From: Sulfurospirillaceae bacterium
Lineage (GTDB): Bacteria > Campylobacterota > Campylobacteria > Campylobacterales > Sulfurospirillaceae
DNA: 64,000 bases
Assembly: GCA_033723415.1 (NCBI GenBank)
Contig: JAWVXD010000006.1
Span: forward strand, 76,149 to 140,148
Direction: 5' to 3'
Shown: piece after piece, positions 61,213-64,000 of the stretch
How the letters are laid out: every line of letters starts with the position of its first letter
How positions within the stretch are numbered: the stretch's first letter is position 1
Notes under the pieces: generated by a model
Told to the model about the DNA's origin: nothing
Database searches by the model: none
What the model saw: only the letters and a program-made list of their open reading frames with translations
Made by a program: the position numbers and the translations under genes

Positions 61213-62441
61213 ATTTTCATTCCTTTTCTATAATCAAAATCTTTATCACTTATAAAACCACCCACGAAGTATCCATCAACAGAATATGTATGGCTACCAT
61301 CTACTACCAAAGAGTAAAGTTGCTTGTCTATTAAGTCGGTTTGAATTATTTGCTTTATTTCTTCTTCTCCAGATACTGTAGCTACTTTAGAGCCAATAAT
61401 GAGTTCTCCAAAGTTAGTTTTATTAGTATCAATAAAATCATACCAATATGGTATGATTTGCCCTTTTTCATCTATAACATCATAAAACTTACATTCATTT
61501 TTAGAGTTTTCTACATTTAAAGCTAAAAATCCATTTCTGTCTGCATTGCATATAGGATGGTCATCTGTTGTTATTAAATTATTAATTTTATAAAGTATCC
61601 TATTGCCTTGAAGTGGTCTATCTAAATATAATACTTTTTGAACTTTACCATACATATCTAGTACTTTATCATTTGGTACTATATGTTGTATTTCTTTATA
61701 AGAGCCATCTGACATAAGAACTTTTGCATTATATAGGAAGCATGTACCGCCACCACTAGCAGGGGTCCAGTAATATGTCCCATTTGCGCCATCAGCACCT
61801 ATCCCTCCTGTTGTTCCACTGACTGGACTATTACCACTAATATTTATAGTTACTCCACCATCTCCATAATTCCAAACTTGACCAGATCCTCCCGCTCCAC
61901 CACAACCACCATATGTTATGCTATAAGTAGTTCCAGTTCCACCACTAGCAGCATTTCCACCGTTTCCACCATTTCCTCCATTTCCGCCTTTAATAGTCCC
62001 ATTAATTATTAAATTAATTGTTTTACCAGTAAAACCGGTAAAATCAATACCATATCCACCAACTCCGCCATTTCCACCATTCCCACCAAAATATGTTGAA
62101 GTATTATGACAATTAGTTATAGAGATAGTAGGACTTCCTGCTGCACCTGTAGCTCCAATAGTTCCGGTTATACCACTTATTACTATCCCACTAGGGATAG
62201 TAATATTAAACGTATCAGCATCAGATGGATTTACATAAGAGCTTAAAAGTATTCCTGTGGAAGATGTTGCTGTTATTGAGCTTGTAAATGTATAATCAAC
62301 TGCTCCACTATATACCACCTGCCAAGTACCGCCTATATTTTTATAAGCTTTTTTTAGTTTTGTCCAGGTACCGCTGATATTTTTCCATATGTATTTAATT
62401 GGATACCAAGCTCCACCGATATTTTTATAGGTTTTTGCCAT
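61203..62441 (-). CDS. Gly-rich tail adhesin with C-terminal Hint domain
   Basis: 3x KNI[GS]GxW, GGNGGNGG tracts, then CFLYNAKVLMSDG...TDDHP...YSLVVDGSHTYSVDG. Confidence 0.75.
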   Translation of the reverse strand: MAKTYKNIGGAWYPIKYIWKNISGTWTKLKKAYKNIGGTWQVVYSGAVDYTFTSSITATSSTGILLSSYVNPSDADTFNITIPSGIVISGITGTIGATGAAGSPTISITNCHNTSTYFGGNGGNGGVGGYGIDFTGFTGKTINLIINGTIKGGNGGNGGNGGNAASGGTGTTYSITYGGCGGAGGSGQVWNYGDGGVTINISGNSPVSGTTGGIGADGANGTYYWTPASGGGTCFLYNAKVLMSDGSYKEIQHIVPNDKVLDMYGKVQKVLYLDRPLQGNRILYKINNLITTDDHPICNADRNGFLALNVENSKNECKFYDVIDEKGQIIPYWYDFIDTNKTNFGELIIGSKVATVSGEEEIKQIIQTDLIDKQLYSLVVDGSHTYSVDGYFVGGFISDKDFDYRKGMKICK

Positions 62442-62450
62442 TAATCATCC

Positions 62451-63845
62451 TTAGTACTGAAACCATATATCACCATCCACTCCACCACTTGCTGCTGCTG
62501 TTGATGTGTATTGGGTGCTTCCGTTCCATTTAGCAGAATTTACAGCAGTAGCGGTAATCCCAAGTTTTGAATCTAAAGCAGATTGCAGTCCTGCGATATT
62601 AGATATTCCAAGAGCATCAAGCTCACTACGATTGAGAGTTACAAAATCTACTATTTCCTGTAAAGTATCAAGTGCCGTATCGCTACTTGATAATAAAGTA
62701 GTTATATTGTCAATTAGTCCTTTTAAGACTTTACCTTGATTAGCGCTTAGTGGCTTGGTTGTGTCGGTAGATGTTAAGATATCTTGTATATCTGCAATGT
62801 TTGATTTAGCCTGCAATGCTATTTGTTGAGCCGAGCTTATAGGTTTATTAATATCGCTTGTATTATCAACTTTATCTAGTCCAATACTCGATTTATCCAA
62901 AACGGTCGCAATCCACTCTCCACTAGCTGTATCGAATATAAGCGATGATTTATCAACTTTTCCGGTTGTATCCACATCACTTAATCCATCAATTGAGCCA
63001 TTAGAGATAGCTTGTGCTTTTTGTTTCCAGTGATAAGCGCTGTATTCAGTTGTAGGGGTAGCTGTAAAAGTACCATCACCATTTGAAGTATAAACATCTA
63101 CAAAAACATCTTCGGCTTGATTGGCATAGCTATCAGCAGTTAGACTCTCTGCTTGTGCGATCCAAGCTTGAAGTTTTGCATTTTGCGCATTTGTATATGC
63201 ATTTTGTATATCTGTTATATTTGTTGCATTGATATTGATAGCATCAAGATCTGTAAAGATAGCATCAAGTTTTGTTTTGTCGGCATATAAACTATCAAGC
63301 GCATCTTTATCAGCAAATAACGCATCAAGCGTGGCTTTATCAGCAAATAAACTATCCAAAGTCGCCTTATCTGCATAAAGAGTATCAAGTACATTTTTGT
63401 CGGCATATAAACTATCTAAAGTTGCTTTATCCGTATACAAACTATCAAGCGTAGCTTTATCAGATACTAAAGAGTTGATACCATCAATAATTGCAGCTAA
63501 GGCATTGATATTTGTTATATTTGTTGCATTGATATTGATAGCATTAAGATCTGCAAAAATATCATCAAGTTTTGCTTTATCCGCGTACAAACTATCAAGC
63601 GTAGCTTTATCAGATACTAAAGAGTTGATAGCATCAATAATTGTAGCCAAGGTATTGATATTTGTTATATTTGTTGCATTGATATTTATATCACCTACAT
63701 TCTCAGCCACTAGATCAAGATTTGCCAAATTTGGCGTTATCGCTTTTATCGCTGCCGTTGCTGCATCTATTGCATCAAGTGCGGCTTGTATCTCTTGCAC
63801 CTTTTTTGAAGCGAGCTTAAGCCCATATATATCAATTCCTCCCAT
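62451..63845 (-). CDS. tail fibre with 10-residue repeat shaft
   Basis: DKATLDSLYA repeats, GLDKVDNTSDINKPIS, LSANQGKVLK, LDTLQEIVD, DGDIWFQY. Confidence 0.78.
   Translation of the reverse strand: MGGIDIYGLKLASKKVQEIQAALDAIDAATAAIKAITPNLANLDLVAENVGDININATNITNINTLATIIDAINSLVSDKATLDSLYADKAKLDDIFADLNAININATNITNINALAAIIDGINSLVSDKATLDSLYTDKATLDSLYADKNVLDTLYADKATLDSLFADKATLDALFADKDALDSLYADKTKLDAIFTDLDAININATNITDIQNAYTNAQNAKLQAWIAQAESLTADSYANQAEDVFVDVYTSNGDGTFTATPTTEYSAYHWKQKAQAISNGSIDGLSDVDTTGKVDKSSLIFDTASGEWIATVLDKSSIGLDKVDNTSDINKPISSAQQIALQAKSNIADIQDILTSTDTTKPLSANQGKVLKGLIDNITTLLSSSDTALDTLQEIVDFVTLNRSELDALGISNIAGLQSALDSKLGITATAVNSAKWNGSTQYTSTAAASGGVDGDIWFQY
63211..63690 (-). repeat. 30-bp-period tandem repeats nested in 150/300-bp units
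   Basis: TGTTATATTTGTTGCATTGATATT at ~63213, 63513, 63663; ACTATCAAGCGTAGCTTTATC variants every 30 bp. Confidence 0.85.
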
Positions 63846-63998
63846 TATGAAAGCCTCCCTAAAAATTCTTCAAAAAGCGCCTTTATATTTGCTAGAAACG
63901 CTTCAGTATTCAGATCCTTTATCACTTCGCAAGCTGCAAGTAGATCTCTTTCATCACTTTCAGTCATCGGTAACTTCCTCCCCCGCAAATGCTTTTAG
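63845..63998 (-). CDS. phage protein, 5'-truncated
   Basis: Open frame ...LKAFAGRKLPMTESDERDLLAACE...LGRLS*, TAATG overlap with tail fibre. Confidence 0.55.
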
Positions 63999-64000
63999 AT

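Larger units (their letters stand above)
43535..64000. mobile_element. tailed (podovirus-like) prophage, continuing beyond window
   Basis: TerL, putative ejection/polyvalent proteins, holin-endolysin-spanins, tail fibres; starts at att copy. Confidence 0.88.

Noticed and set aside
61203..61742. Classical splicing intein or homing endonuclease
   Set aside because: No terminal His-Asn plus nucleophile and no LAGLIDADG motif; treated as a cleavage-type Hint domain
63211..63690. CRISPR array or DGR repeat
   Set aside because: Repeats are in-frame, degenerate and coding, with no unique spacers and no cas or reverse transcriptase gene in the window

Overview
AT-rich bacterial chromosome segment; gene content and promoter style suggest Campylobacterota (Sulfurospirillum/Sulfurimonas-like; inference). 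1-30.6 kb is host DNA: the 3' half of a C-P lyase (phn) operon, a convergent sufBCDSE-sufT operon with a palindromic operator, thiE, dat, transporters, nfeD/SPFH, a Cyc2-like cytochrome-porin with a duplicated heme motif, tex, a PAS-GGDEF-EAL protein and an MCP. From 30.6 kb two prophages sit in tandem, delimited by copies of a tRNA (probably tRNA-Ser) 3' end on the minus strand. (1) An apparently complete ~12.9 kb integrase-encoding filamentous phage (inovirus), 30623-43557, has repressor and operators, coat proteins, secretin, pIII, pVI, Zot/pI, HUH Rep and a tyrosine integrase, and carries a Type II R-M system plus an RDD protein as cargo. (2) A tailed (podovirus-like) prophage runs from ~43535 beyond the window end. 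It has an isolated large terminase, a structured repeat-rich non-coding region, giant polyvalent (DarB-like MTase-SNF2; PBECR-like nuclease) putative ejection proteins, a lysis cassette, and tail-fibre genes including a glycine-rich adhesin ending in a Hint autoprocessing domain. All calls come from motif reading only; no database searches were run.
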